From sequence record SRR20825019_2750: a DNA stretch of 41,008 nt; one strand, 5' to 3'. Below are positions 17,943 through 26,996 of this stretch, one piece after another. Each line of letters begins with the position of its first letter. The stretch's first letter is position 1. The notes below the pieces were generated by a model. The model worked only from the letters and a program-made list of their open reading frames with translations. It made no database searches and was not told the origin of the DNA. The position numbers and the translations under genes are program-made.

Positions 17943-18842
17943 ATGCTGCATTCCCGCCTGCTGCGCTATCTGGATGAGGTGGTGCGCTCGGGGTCCATCC
18001 GGCGCGCCGCCGAAAAGCTCAATGTCGCCTCCAGTTCGATCAACCGGCAGATCATCGAGCTCGAGGCAGAGCTGGGCACGCCGCTGTTCGAGCGCCTGCC
18101 ACGCCGCCTGCGGCTGACGGCGGCGGGCGAAATCCTCATCAACCACATCCGGCAGACGCTGCGGGACCATGATCGCGCGCGCTTCCGCATTGCCGAACTG
18201 GGCGGGGTCGGGCGCGGTACGGTGCGGATCGCTACCATGAATGGCCTCGCCAGCGGCCTGCTGCCGCATGTCTGCCGTGACTTCGTGCGCAGTTTTCCCG
18301 GCGTCCGCTTCGAAGTGCAGAGCCTCCTCGCGCCGCAGATCGTGGGCGCAGTTGCCGATGGAGAGGTCAGCTTCGGCCTTGGCTACAATTTGGCGCCGTC
18401 ACCCAATCTACGCGTCGTCGAGACCTTTGCCGCCCAACTCGGCGTGGTTTGCGCCCCAAGCCATGCTCTGGCCGCCCGGACAGACCTCCGCTTATCCGAT
18501 CTGGCCGGCGAAAGGCTGGTTCATGCCGATTCCATGCTGACCATCCGCACCATAGTGGATGAAGCCTGCCGCAAGGTGGGCGTCGATCTGCCGGCGCCAT
18601 TCGAGACCAATTCGGTGCAGATGATGAAGCATCTGGTGCAGGAGGGGCGGGCGGTGACCTTCCTCTCGCCCCCCGATGTCGACAGTGAGGTGGAAGGCGG
18701 AAGCCTGGTCTATATCCCCCTCAGGGATCGGCTCACGCCCAACCCGCTTCTCCTTGTCGAGCGGCCCGCGGGCAGCGAAAGCCCGTCTGCAGCCCTCTTC
18801 ATGGACCGACTTCAGCTCAAGCTGCGCCAGATCATTCCCTGA
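17943..18842 (+). CDS. LysR-family transcriptional regulator
   Basis: LRYLDEVVRSGSIRRAAEKLNVASSSINRQIIELEAELGTPLFER HTH. Confidence 0.95.
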   Translation: MLHSRLLRYLDEVVRSGSIRRAAEKLNVASSSINRQIIELEAELGTPLFERLPRRLRLTAAGEILINHIRQTLRDHDRARFRIAELGGVGRGTVRIATMNGLASGLLPHVCRDFVRSFPGVRFEVQSLLAPQIVGAVADGEVSFGLGYNLAPSPNLRVVETFAAQLGVVCAPSHALAARTDLRLSDLAGERLVHADSMLTIRTIVDEACRKVGVDLPAPFETNSVQMMKHLVQEGRAVTFLSPPDVDSEVEGGSLVYIPLRDRLTPNPLLLVERPAGSESPSAALFMDRLQLKLRQIIP

Positions 18843-19749
18843 CCGCGCGCGCCGGCAGGCTGGTCATGGCCCGGATGACATCTTCGGCAAACAGGGCGGC
18901 CGAGAAGTCCGGGACAGCATTTTCGCGCTGCACCAGGGACAGGGTCTGTGCCGTCAGGCTCTTGTCGAGAAGCGGTAGGTAGACCAGTCGTCCGGCCCGA
19001 ACATCGTCCAGCACGTCCGGCTCGGACAGGAAAGTCAGCGACTCCCCGTCATCCAGGAACCCTTTCATCAGGTCGGTCGAATTGGTGTCCACGGTTGAAT
19101 GCAGCGTGGTGCGAATGCGCAGCGCGGCATCGTCCAGCACCTTGCGCAGGGAGAGGCTCGCATCGGCCAGGATGATGGGATATTGCGCGCATTCGGTCAG
19201 CCGCACGCTGGCTTTTCGCGCCAGCGGATGGCTGGGATGCATCACGGCCCCCAATCGCGCCTCGACGGCGTACAGAACCTTGATCCGCGCGTCACTGGGC
19301 AGGTTGTAGCCCAGCCCGATGTCGGCCTCGCCTGACTTGACGGCGGCCATCAGGGCGGGACCCGTCAGGGCATTGATCGAGAGGCGCACCGCAGGGAAAC
19401 GTTCAGAAAAGTCGAGCGCCAGACGGGGGACGAGACCGCTGATCGGCCCGTTCTGCGTGGCCAGCCGAACCAGCCCGCCGCCAGGGTGCTGCATCTGCCC
19501 GATGCGCGCCATGAGACGGTCATGTTCCTTGAGCGTCTGGCGGATGTGGGTCATCAACATTTCGCCGGCCGCCGTGAGCCGCATCTTGCCCGGCATGCGT
19601 TCGAAAACGGGCGTGCCCAGTTCCGCCTCGAGATCGGTGACCTGCCGGCTGATCGAGGACGACGCCACGCCCAGCCGGGCGGCCGCCTTGCGGATCGAGC
19701 CGGCGCGAACCACCTCGTCGAGATATCGCAATATGCGGGCATGCAGCAT
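18832..19749 (-). CDS. LysR-family transcriptional regulator (paralog of 17943-18842)
   Basis: MLHARILRYLDEVVRAGSIRKAAARLGVASSSISRQ; RBS CAGGAG before ATG 19749. Confidence 0.95.
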   Translation of the reverse strand: MLHARILRYLDEVVRAGSIRKAAARLGVASSSISRQVTDLEAELGTPVFERMPGKMRLTAAGEMLMTHIRQTLKEHDRLMARIGQMQHPGGGLVRLATQNGPISGLVPRLALDFSERFPAVRLSINALTGPALMAAVKSGEADIGLGYNLPSDARIKVLYAVEARLGAVMHPSHPLARKASVRLTECAQYPIILADASLSLRKVLDDAALRIRTTLHSTVDTNSTDLMKGFLDDGESLTFLSEPDVLDDVRAGRLVYLPLLDKSLTAQTLSLVQRENAVPDFSAALFAEDVIRAMTSLPARAVRE

Positions 19750-19901
19750 GGCGCACTCCTGTTCGGCGTTCTCTTTTTCGCAGCACACATGGCGGAATTC
19801 AACGCTTTTCGGATGCAGTCGAGCATGTCCTGATGCCCCCCGTAGCAGCACACCGCGTCCACCGCGAACGGCTCGTAACCCATCCCGCCGAAAGGGTCAT
19901 C

Positions 19902-20891
19902 ATGCGCATTTCTCTTGTCTCGACCGCTCTCCTCGCCAGCCTCCTGGCGACCTCGTCCACACTGGCTGCCGACATCGTCCGGTTCCAGTTTTCCTGGCTT
20001 CCGGGCGGCGACCGCGCGGCCTACTACCTTGCCCAGCAGCAGGGACTGTTTGCCGCCGAAGACCTCGACGTCACCCTGATTGCCGGGCGCGGCTCGTCCG
20101 ACGCCATCACCAAGATAGCGACCGGTGTTGCCGATCTGGGCGAAGGCGGGCTCGATGCGCTGCTGTCAGCCAAGGTCGAGGGCGACATCCCCGTCATCGC
20201 CGTGATGCCGGTCTATACCCGCGCGCCCGATGGCCTGCTGACCACTGCCGACAGCGGCATCACGGGCATTGAGGATGTGACCGGCAAGACCGTGGGCACC
20301 TCGCCCTTCACCTCCTCGAATGGCCCCTGGCCCTTCCTGCTGTCGGCCAATGGCGTTGATCCTGCCCAGGTCAACACCACCCAGGCCGATGCCAATGCCC
20401 TGCCGGCCATGCTGGCCACTGGCCAGGTCGATGCCATCATCCAGTATGTCACCAACGCCCCGGGCACGGAGGCCATTCTGGCGGAAGCGGGCAAGGAGCA
20501 GGTGATCATTCCCTGGGCCGACTATGGCCTGGATGGCTATTCGGCCTCGATCTTTGCCAATGAGCAGTTCCTGGCGAACAACCGCGATGTGGTCATTCGC
20601 TTCGCGCGTGCCCTGCGCAAGGCGGAGGAGATGCTCCAGGCCGATCCGGCGGCCGGCGCCGCGGCCGTGAAGGCGGCGATCCCTGAGATTGATCTCGATG
20701 TGACCCTCGCCATGGCCAATGCAACCCTGCCGCTGGTGTTCAATGAAAATACCGATGCCGCCGGCCTCGGTATCTTCGATCCTGCCCGCGTGACCACGAC
20801 CTGGGAATGGGTCGCCAAGCAGAAGGACGTTGGCCTCGACACGCTCGATCCGATGGCTGCGGTCGATTTCAACATCGCCAAGGGCGAGTAG
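19902..20891 (+). CDS. NMT1/THI5-like ABC substrate-binding protein
   Basis: Sec signal MRISLVSTALLASLLATSSTLAA; motifs FSW, YYLAQQQGLF..E.LDV, GRGS and GKTVG. Confidence 0.88.
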   Translation: MRISLVSTALLASLLATSSTLAADIVRFQFSWLPGGDRAAYYLAQQQGLFAAEDLDVTLIAGRGSSDAITKIATGVADLGEGGLDALLSAKVEGDIPVIAVMPVYTRAPDGLLTTADSGITGIEDVTGKTVGTSPFTSSNGPWPFLLSANGVDPAQVNTTQADANALPAMLATGQVDAIIQYVTNAPGTEAILAEAGKEQVIIPWADYGLDGYSASIFANEQFLANNRDVVIRFARALRKAEEMLQADPAAGAAAVKAAIPEIDLDVTLAMANATLPLVFNENTDAAGLGIFDPARVTTTWEWVAKQKDVGLDTLDPMAAVDFNIAKGE

Positions 20892-20947
20892 GCTGCTGAC
20901 CGGGGCGGCCTTGCGCTGCCCCATTTCTATCCCTCGGAGGCAAGTGC

Positions 20948-22309
20948 ATGGGCACGATTATTCAAGGGGCCGAGGGCCTGTTTACCGGACGTCGCGACGC
21001 GCCCCGCGCCAAGGGCGCGATCCGTTATGAAGACGGTGTCATCACCCATGTCGGGGAGGTGGTCGCCGCGCAAGGTGACAGGATCATCGATGCCAGCGGA
21101 TGCGTCATCTATCCGGGCCTCGTCAACACGCATCACCATCTGGCCCAAAGCATGCTCAAGGCCATCCCTGCCGCCATCAACCTGCCGGTGACCGAATGGC
21201 TGGTGGAGGTCCCATATCGCTATTGGCGCAAGCTGGACGAGGACGCGTTTCGCCTGGCGGCCACGATCGGCATGGTGGAACTGCTGCTCTCGGGCACGAC
21301 CACCATTGCCGACCACCATTACATCTATTCACCCGATCTCGGCTACGACCCGTCCGAAATCCTCTTCGAGATTGCGGCAAGTCTCGGCGTCCGGTTTGTG
21401 CTCTGCCGGGGCAGCGCGACACGGCCAAGCCGGCTCTCGGCACAGGGTGCCGTCGGTGTGCCCACCGAAACCGTTGCCCAGACACTGGACACGATCGCCG
21501 CTCTGGCGCAGCGCTTCCACCAGTCTGGCGCCAACAGCATGCGCAAGGTTGTGCTGGCCCCGACCAATCTCATCTGGTCGGTTGAACCCCAGGACATAAA
21601 GGATTTGGCGCGGGAAGGTCGGGCGCTGGGATTGCGGCTCCATAGCCACCTGTCCGAAGCACCGGGAGACGTGGCCCATTGTGTCCAGAAACACGGCATG
21701 CGGCCGGTTCACTATGCTGCAAAGCACGACTTTGTCGGCGACGATGTCTGGTTCGCCCATCTCGTGCATGTCGACGAGGCAGAACTCAATCTCCTGGCAG
21801 AGACCGGCACCGGCATGGCGCATTGCCCGCAATCGAACGCGCGTCTGGGCACGGGCATTGCCCCCGCGCCCACACTCTCGGCCCTGGGCGGCCGCGTCAC
21901 CATTGGCGTCGATGGCGCGGCCTCCAACGAGGCGGCCGACATGATCTCGGAAATGCACAGCGCCTGGCACCTGCATCGCACGGGCGGCAGGCCCGATGCG
22001 GTGAGCGTCGAGGACGTGGTGACATGGTCCAGCGTCAATGGCGCGCGCATGCTGGGGTTTGATGACACAGGCACGCTGGAACCCGGCATGGCGGCCGATA
22101 TCGCGGTCTTCGACCTGTCCCAGCCCCGCTATGCGGGTCTCCACGATCCGCTGGTCGGCCCGGTGGTCAGCGCCGGATCGGCGCAGATGCATACGCTGGT
22201 CGTCGCCGGCATTGAAGTCGTCATTGACGGCGCCATCCCCGGCCTCGACCTCGTGACCCTGGCCCGCGACGCGCGCGCGGGGGTCGCCAAGTTGGTCGGC
22301 GACGGCTGA
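20948..22309 (+). CDS. Amidohydrolase-superfamily deaminase, isoxanthopterin/8-oxoguanine deaminase-like
   Basis: Motifs NTHHHL.QS, DHHY, HSHLSE, AHLVH, HCPQSN and GVDGAASN; APTN at the position of the recalled PTT/PCS specificity motif. Confidence 0.82.
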   Translation: MGTIIQGAEGLFTGRRDAPRAKGAIRYEDGVITHVGEVVAAQGDRIIDASGCVIYPGLVNTHHHLAQSMLKAIPAAINLPVTEWLVEVPYRYWRKLDEDAFRLAATIGMVELLLSGTTTIADHHYIYSPDLGYDPSEILFEIAASLGVRFVLCRGSATRPSRLSAQGAVGVPTETVAQTLDTIAALAQRFHQSGANSMRKVVLAPTNLIWSVEPQDIKDLAREGRALGLRLHSHLSEAPGDVAHCVQKHGMRPVHYAAKHDFVGDDVWFAHLVHVDEAELNLLAETGTGMAHCPQSNARLGTGIAPAPTLSALGGRVTIGVDGAASNEAADMISEMHSAWHLHRTGGRPDAVSVEDVVTWSSVNGARMLGFDDTGTLEPGMAADIAVFDLSQPRYAGLHDPLVGPVVSAGSAQMHTLVVAGIEVVIDGAIPGLDLVTLARDARAGVAKLVGDG

Positions 22310-22503
22310 CACGTAAACCGCCCATGACGTCGCACTAGAAAGGGGACGGCACTGTCCAGGCAGCACACCCCGCATATTGTCATGAGCGTGGGACCCGGCA
22401 GACGGGGCGGCACGAAACCTGCAGCCAGGGCCTGCTTGAGGGCGTCCAGAACGTCGCCGGTAGGGCTGGGTTCATTGGCAATAGGATCGTAGAGACAGGA
22501 GCG

Positions 22504-23163
22504 CTAGGGTAACGCGAAGCGGTGCTGCGAACTGCGGATATGGTCACGCATGGCGTCTGCTGCGGCCTGCGGGTCTGCCGCGGCGATCGCCTGGGTGATC
22601 CTGCCGTGTTCTTCGATGGCGTCAGACACCGCTGTCGGGGGCTGGGACATGCGAAACAGATGCACATGGACGTGCAGGGCAGACAGCGCGTCCTTGATGA
22701 CAGTGTTGCCGCTCGCCACAGCGATGGCGTGGTGGAAGGCTTCGTCCAGACGCGAGAAGCGGGCATAATCTTCAGGCGTATGGAAATCATGATCGGATTC
22801 CATGCGTCGGCATTGCGCGAGCAGGTTTGCGCGCTCTTGCGCGCTCATTCTTTCTGCGGCACGCGCCGCCATATGTGGTTCGGTGAGCAGGCGGAGCTCA
22901 TAGATCTGCTCAAGACGATCCGGCGCGATGCGATCAGCAACGCGATAGCCCATCAGATGAACCTTGACGACAAGTCCCTGGGCTTCAAGGCGCGCAAGTG
23001 CCTCGCGAATAGGGGTCTGGGAGACGTTGAGCGAGCGGGACAATGCATCAACCGAGAGCTTGGTGCCCGGCGCAATGCTGTGGGTCATCAATTGCTCCAA
23101 CAGCCTGGCATGGACCTCTTCGGTCAATGCCGGGGGGCGCCGGATGTCGGTCAATGAACGCAT
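22504..23163 (-). CDS. GntR-family transcriptional regulator (FCD)
   Basis: Motifs LNVSQTPIREALARL, DEAFHH and EEH. Confidence 0.93.
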   Translation of the reverse strand: MRSLTDIRRPPALTEEVHARLLEQLMTHSIAPGTKLSVDALSRSLNVSQTPIREALARLEAQGLVVKVHLMGYRVADRIAPDRLEQIYELRLLTEPHMAARAAERMSAQERANLLAQCRRMESDHDFHTPEDYARFSRLDEAFHHAIAVASGNTVIKDALSALHVHVHLFRMSQPPTAVSDAIEEHGRITQAIAAADPQAAADAMRDHIRSSQHRFALP

Positions 23164-23177
23164 TGCCGTCCCTCGTC

Positions 23178-23238
23178 TTGACAGTTTTGGAGCAATACCA
23201 CCAGAATGGCGCGGCGACAATCAGATATCCTATAGGAT
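23178..23238 (+). promoter_or_regulatory. Sigma70-like promoter plus palindromic GntR operator
   Basis: TTGACA-N18-CAGAAT (23178-23207); perfect palindrome ATCCTATAGGAT (23227-23238) just before the Ldh start. Confidence 0.6.
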
Positions 23239-23243
23239 TTGGC

Positions 23244-24254
23244 GTGCCTCATATTGATATCAAAGACCTGCGCCGAATTTCCACGAGCATCTTGATGCAT
23301 GCCGGCGTGCCGGAGCCGCACGCGAACTTACAGACAGACCTGCTGCTCGAAGCCGAGTTGCGCGGTGTCCCTTCTCATGGGCTGCTGCGGCTCCGGCGCA
23401 TTGTGGAGCGCATCGGCAATGGCTGCGCCAATCCTGCTGCAACCGGTCATCAGGTCTGGCGGCGGGACGCTTTTCTAGAAGTCGATGGGGAGATGGGGCT
23501 TGGCCCCGTGGTTGCCGACGCTGCGCTGCAGGCGGTCTGCGCCAAGGCCAGGCAGGCGGGCATTGCCGTTGCCGCCATTCGCAACTCCAATCATATCGGC
23601 ATGCTCGGCTTCTACGCCGAGCGGGTGGCCGCGGCCGGGCAGACGGTCCTGGCCTTTTCCACCAGCGAAGCCCTGGTGCACCCCTGGGGTGGCCGAAAAG
23701 CCATGCTGGGGACCAATCCGATCGCCATCGGCGTCCCGACAAACGGGGCCCCCTTCGTCATGGATACGGCGACCAGTGTCGTCTCGATGGGCGAGGTGCA
23801 TGACTACGCCAATCGCGGCGAGCCGTTGAAGCAGGGCTGGGCGCTGGACGCGGAGGGGAACCCGACCACCGATGCCGTCGCCGCCAAGTCCGGGTCGCTC
23901 GCGCCCTTTGGTGGGGCAAAGGGCTATGCGCTCGGTCTGGCTTTCGGGCTGCTGACCTCTAGCCTGGCCGGCGCTGCCCTTGGGCGGGATGTGCGCGGGA
24001 CGCTGGATTCTGAGTCCATCTGCAACAAGGGTGATCTGTTCATCGTCATCGATGGACCGGCCACCGCGCTGGAAGAGTATCTCGACCTGCTGCGGCAGAC
24101 CGAACCGGCTGAAGGCGTGGAACAGGTCCTGATCCCCGGCGAGCGTGGGCGGGCCTGCCGAACCGAGCGCCTGCGCGACGGTGTGCCGCTGGCCGACGGC
24201 CTATGGCGGGACCTGCAGCAATTGGCCGGTGAGGCCGGGTACAAAGGAGCTTGA
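23244..24254 (+). CDS. Ldh_2-family oxidoreductase (malate/L-lactate/ureidoglycolate dehydrogenase-like)
   Basis: Motifs RGVPSHGLLR, NSNHIG, GTNPIA, DTATS and GGAKGY; likely GTG start at 23244. Confidence 0.9.
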   Translation: MPHIDIKDLRRISTSILMHAGVPEPHANLQTDLLLEAELRGVPSHGLLRLRRIVERIGNGCANPAATGHQVWRRDAFLEVDGEMGLGPVVADAALQAVCAKARQAGIAVAAIRNSNHIGMLGFYAERVAAAGQTVLAFSTSEALVHPWGGRKAMLGTNPIAIGVPTNGAPFVMDTATSVVSMGEVHDYANRGEPLKQGWALDAEGNPTTDAVAAKSGSLAPFGGAKGYALGLAFGLLTSSLAGAALGRDVRGTLDSESICNKGDLFIVIDGPATALEEYLDLLRQTEPAEGVEQVLIPGERGRACRTERLRDGVPLADGLWRDLQQLAGEAGYKGA

Positions 24255-24259
24255 GAAAC

Positions 24260-25516
24260 ATGCTGAAAACTGGCTTCGGCGTGGTCAGGGGACCGCGAAA
24301 CCTGGTGTTCGGCGCCGGTCAGCGCATGGCTCTGCCGCAATTTGCCAAGTCTTTGGGCCAACGCGCCCTGCTGGTCACGGATGAACGCATGGCGGGAGAG
24401 GCGAGTTTTGGCGAATTGGTCCGGGCGGTAGAAGCGACCGGGGTCTCGGTTTCCATATTCGCTGGAGTCGAAGCGGAACTGCCCGCCGAATGCATTGCCG
24501 CCGGCGTGGGTCAGGGTGCGGCTTTTTCAGCCGATCTGATCGTCGGGATTGGCGGTGGCAGTTGCCTGGATGCGGCCAAGATCATCGCGCTGCTGCTCGC
24601 CCATGGCGGTGATATTTCGGACTATTACGGCGAGTTCAAAGTACCCGGCCCGGTGCTGCCGCTGATCGCAATACCCACCACGGCGGGCACCGGCTCTGAA
24701 GTCACTCCGGTGGCTGTGGTTTCCGACAAGAACCGCGCCGTCAAAGTTGGCATTGCCAGCCCACATTTGATTCCGCATACCGCCATTTGCGACCCGGAAC
24801 TGACCTATGGCTGCCCTCCCGGGTTGACCGCCGTCTCCGGAGCCGATGCATTGACGCATGCCATCGAGGCCTTCACCACGGCGCGGCGCGAACCCGAAGC
24901 ATCGACTGTCCATGACCATGTCTTTCTAGGGAAGAACGCCCTGAGCGATTTCTATGCCCTGGAGGCCATCAGACTGATCGGTGGCAGCCTCGCCAAGGCT
25001 GTCGGTGACGGAGGGGACCATGCGGCGCGCGCAGACATGATGCGCGGGGCGACGCTTGCGGGCCTGGCATTTGGCACGGCTGGAACGGCCGCCGCCCATG
25101 CCGTGCAATATCCCGTCGGGGCATTGACGCACACCGCCCATGGCCTGGGCGTGGCAGCGATGATGCCCTATGTCATGGAATTCAACCTGCCCATGGCGCG
25201 ACCCGAAATGGCAGAAATCGCTGCTGCTTTGGGGTTGCCAGTCGATGGACTGAACCAGTCCCAACGGGCCGCGGCAGCAGTGGATGGCGTGGCGGAACTG
25301 TTTGCTGGCATTGGTATTCCCCCCGATATCCGCTCGCTTGGCCTTGCCGAGGACAAGTTGGACTGGACGGCCGAGCAGGCGCTTGCGGCGACGCGGCTGG
25401 TCAAGAACAATCCGCGGCCATTGGACGCCCTGTCCATGAAGCGGCTGGTGCAAGCCGCCTATCGCGGCGACCGCGCATCTCTGCGCAACGATGATTTCGA
25501 ACCTGAGGCGAACTGA
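24260..25516 (+). CDS. Iron-containing alcohol dehydrogenase
   Basis: Motifs GIGGGSCLDAAK, PTTAGTGSE, DALTHAIE and AH...HG. Confidence 0.93.
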   Translation: MLKTGFGVVRGPRNLVFGAGQRMALPQFAKSLGQRALLVTDERMAGEASFGELVRAVEATGVSVSIFAGVEAELPAECIAAGVGQGAAFSADLIVGIGGGSCLDAAKIIALLLAHGGDISDYYGEFKVPGPVLPLIAIPTTAGTGSEVTPVAVVSDKNRAVKVGIASPHLIPHTAICDPELTYGCPPGLTAVSGADALTHAIEAFTTARREPEASTVHDHVFLGKNALSDFYALEAIRLIGGSLAKAVGDGGDHAARADMMRGATLAGLAFGTAGTAAAHAVQYPVGALTHTAHGLGVAAMMPYVMEFNLPMARPEMAEIAAALGLPVDGLNQSQRAAAAVDGVAELFAGIGIPPDIRSLGLAEDKLDWTAEQALAATRLVKNNPRPLDALSMKRLVQAAYRGDRASLRNDDFEPEAN

Positions 25517-25517
25517 T

Positions 25518-26996
25518 ATGAGCATGGATCCGCAAATCTCCGGGCATTTGAGTTTTGATCCGGCCAGCATTCCCGGCCAGTTGTTCATTGGAGGGCAATG
25601 GCGGCCGGGCAGGGGCGGCAGCGATATCGATGTGATTGATCCCTCGACCAGCAGCGTCATCGGGCGGGTGGCCGATGCCAGCGTGGATGACGCGATGGAT
25701 GCCGTCGCGGCCGCTCATGATGCACTTTCCGGCTGGGCAGCCACGGCTCCGCGCAAACGCAGTGAAATCCTGCGGCGCTGCTTTGAACTGATGATTGAGC
25801 GCAAGCAGATGCTGGCGGAGCTCATTTCGCTCGAGAATGGCAAGGCGCTCGGCGATGCGCAGGGCGAGGTGGTCTATGCGGCAGAGTTCTTCCGCTGGTT
25901 TTCCGAGGAAGCAGTCCGGCTCAATGGTGATCTGTCCATTGCGCCGAGCGGCGCCAATCGCATTCTGGTGCAGCACCAACCAATAGGGGTTGCGGTGCTC
26001 GTTACGCCCTGGAACTTCCCGGCGGCCATGGCGACCCGCAAGATCGCACCGGCCCTGGCTGCCGGCTGCACCTGCGTGCTGAAGCCGGCTACGGAAACCC
26101 CGCTGACGGCTTATGCCCTGGCGGAAATCTATCGCGAGGCGGGCGTGCCCGATGGCGTGGTCAATGTCATCACCACCTCCAAGGCGGGTGCCACTGTCAG
26201 CGCCATGCTGCATGATCCGCGCGTGCGGAAATTGTCGTTCACCGGGTCGACTGAAGTTGGACGCCGGCTGTTGCGGGAAGCCGCCGATACGGTCATCTCC
26301 TGTTCAATGGAATTGGGCGGTAATGCGCCCTTCATCGTGTTCGATGATGCGGACCTCGAGGCGGCGCTGGATGGCGCCATGGTGGCCAAGATGCGCAATG
26401 GCGGCGAAGCCTGTACGGCGGCCAATCGCTTCTATGTGCAGGAAGGCATCGCCGAAGCCTTTTCCGCCGGTCTCGCCGAGCGGATGAAGGCGCTCAAGGT
26501 CGGGCCAGGTTATGATGCAGCAACCCAGTGCGGGCCGCTGATCAACCAGGATGCGGTGTCGCGCATCGATGGCTGGATCGGAGAAGCGGTCGAGGGTGGT
26601 GCCAAGGTCCTGACCGGGGGCGAGGTTGGGGGCGGAAAGGGATATTTCCTCTCGCCCACCGTGCTCACATCGGTGCCGGCGCAGGCAAAACTGATGCGCG
26701 AGGAGATTTTTGGCCCGGTGGCCCCCATTGCGCTCTTCAAGAGCGAAGACGAGGCCATCGCCCTTGCCAACAATACCGAATATGGCCTGATCGCCTATGT
26801 GTTCACACAGGATCTGGCGCGTGGCCTGCGCGTATCCGAGAAGGTGGATTCAGGGATGGTCGGGCTCAATCGCGGCCTCGCATCCGATCCGGCGGCGCCC
26901 TTTGGTGGCACCAAGCAGAGCGGGCTGGGCCGTGAGGGCGCTCACCACGGCATTCTCGAATTTTGCGAGACCAAATATATCGCGGTCAGCTGGTAG
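25518..26996 (+). CDS. NAD-dependent aldehyde dehydrogenase (succinate-semialdehyde dehydrogenase, GabD-like)
   Basis: Motifs TPWNFP, SFTGSTEVG, MELGGNAP, GEACTAANR, EEIFGP and PFGG.KQSG.GREG. Confidence 0.93.
   Translation: MSMDPQISGHLSFDPASIPGQLFIGGQWRPGRGGSDIDVIDPSTSSVIGRVADASVDDAMDAVAAAHDALSGWAATAPRKRSEILRRCFELMIERKQMLAELISLENGKALGDAQGEVVYAAEFFRWFSEEAVRLNGDLSIAPSGANRILVQHQPIGVAVLVTPWNFPAAMATRKIAPALAAGCTCVLKPATETPLTAYALAEIYREAGVPDGVVNVITTSKAGATVSAMLHDPRVRKLSFTGSTEVGRRLLREAADTVISCSMELGGNAPFIVFDDADLEAALDGAMVAKMRNGGEACTAANRFYVQEGIAEAFSAGLAERMKALKVGPGYDAATQCGPLINQDAVSRIDGWIGEAVEGGAKVLTGGEVGGGKGYFLSPTVLTSVPAQAKLMREEIFGPVAPIALFKSEDEAIALANNTEYGLIAYVFTQDLARGLRVSEKVDSGMVGLNRGLASDPAAPFGGTKQSGLGREGAHHGILEFCETKYIAVSW

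Noticed and set aside
20948-22309. AtzB/TrzN triazine hydrolase assignment for the amidohydrolase
   Set aside because: Same superfamily, but the motifs fit the isoxanthopterin/8-oxoguanine deaminase group better.
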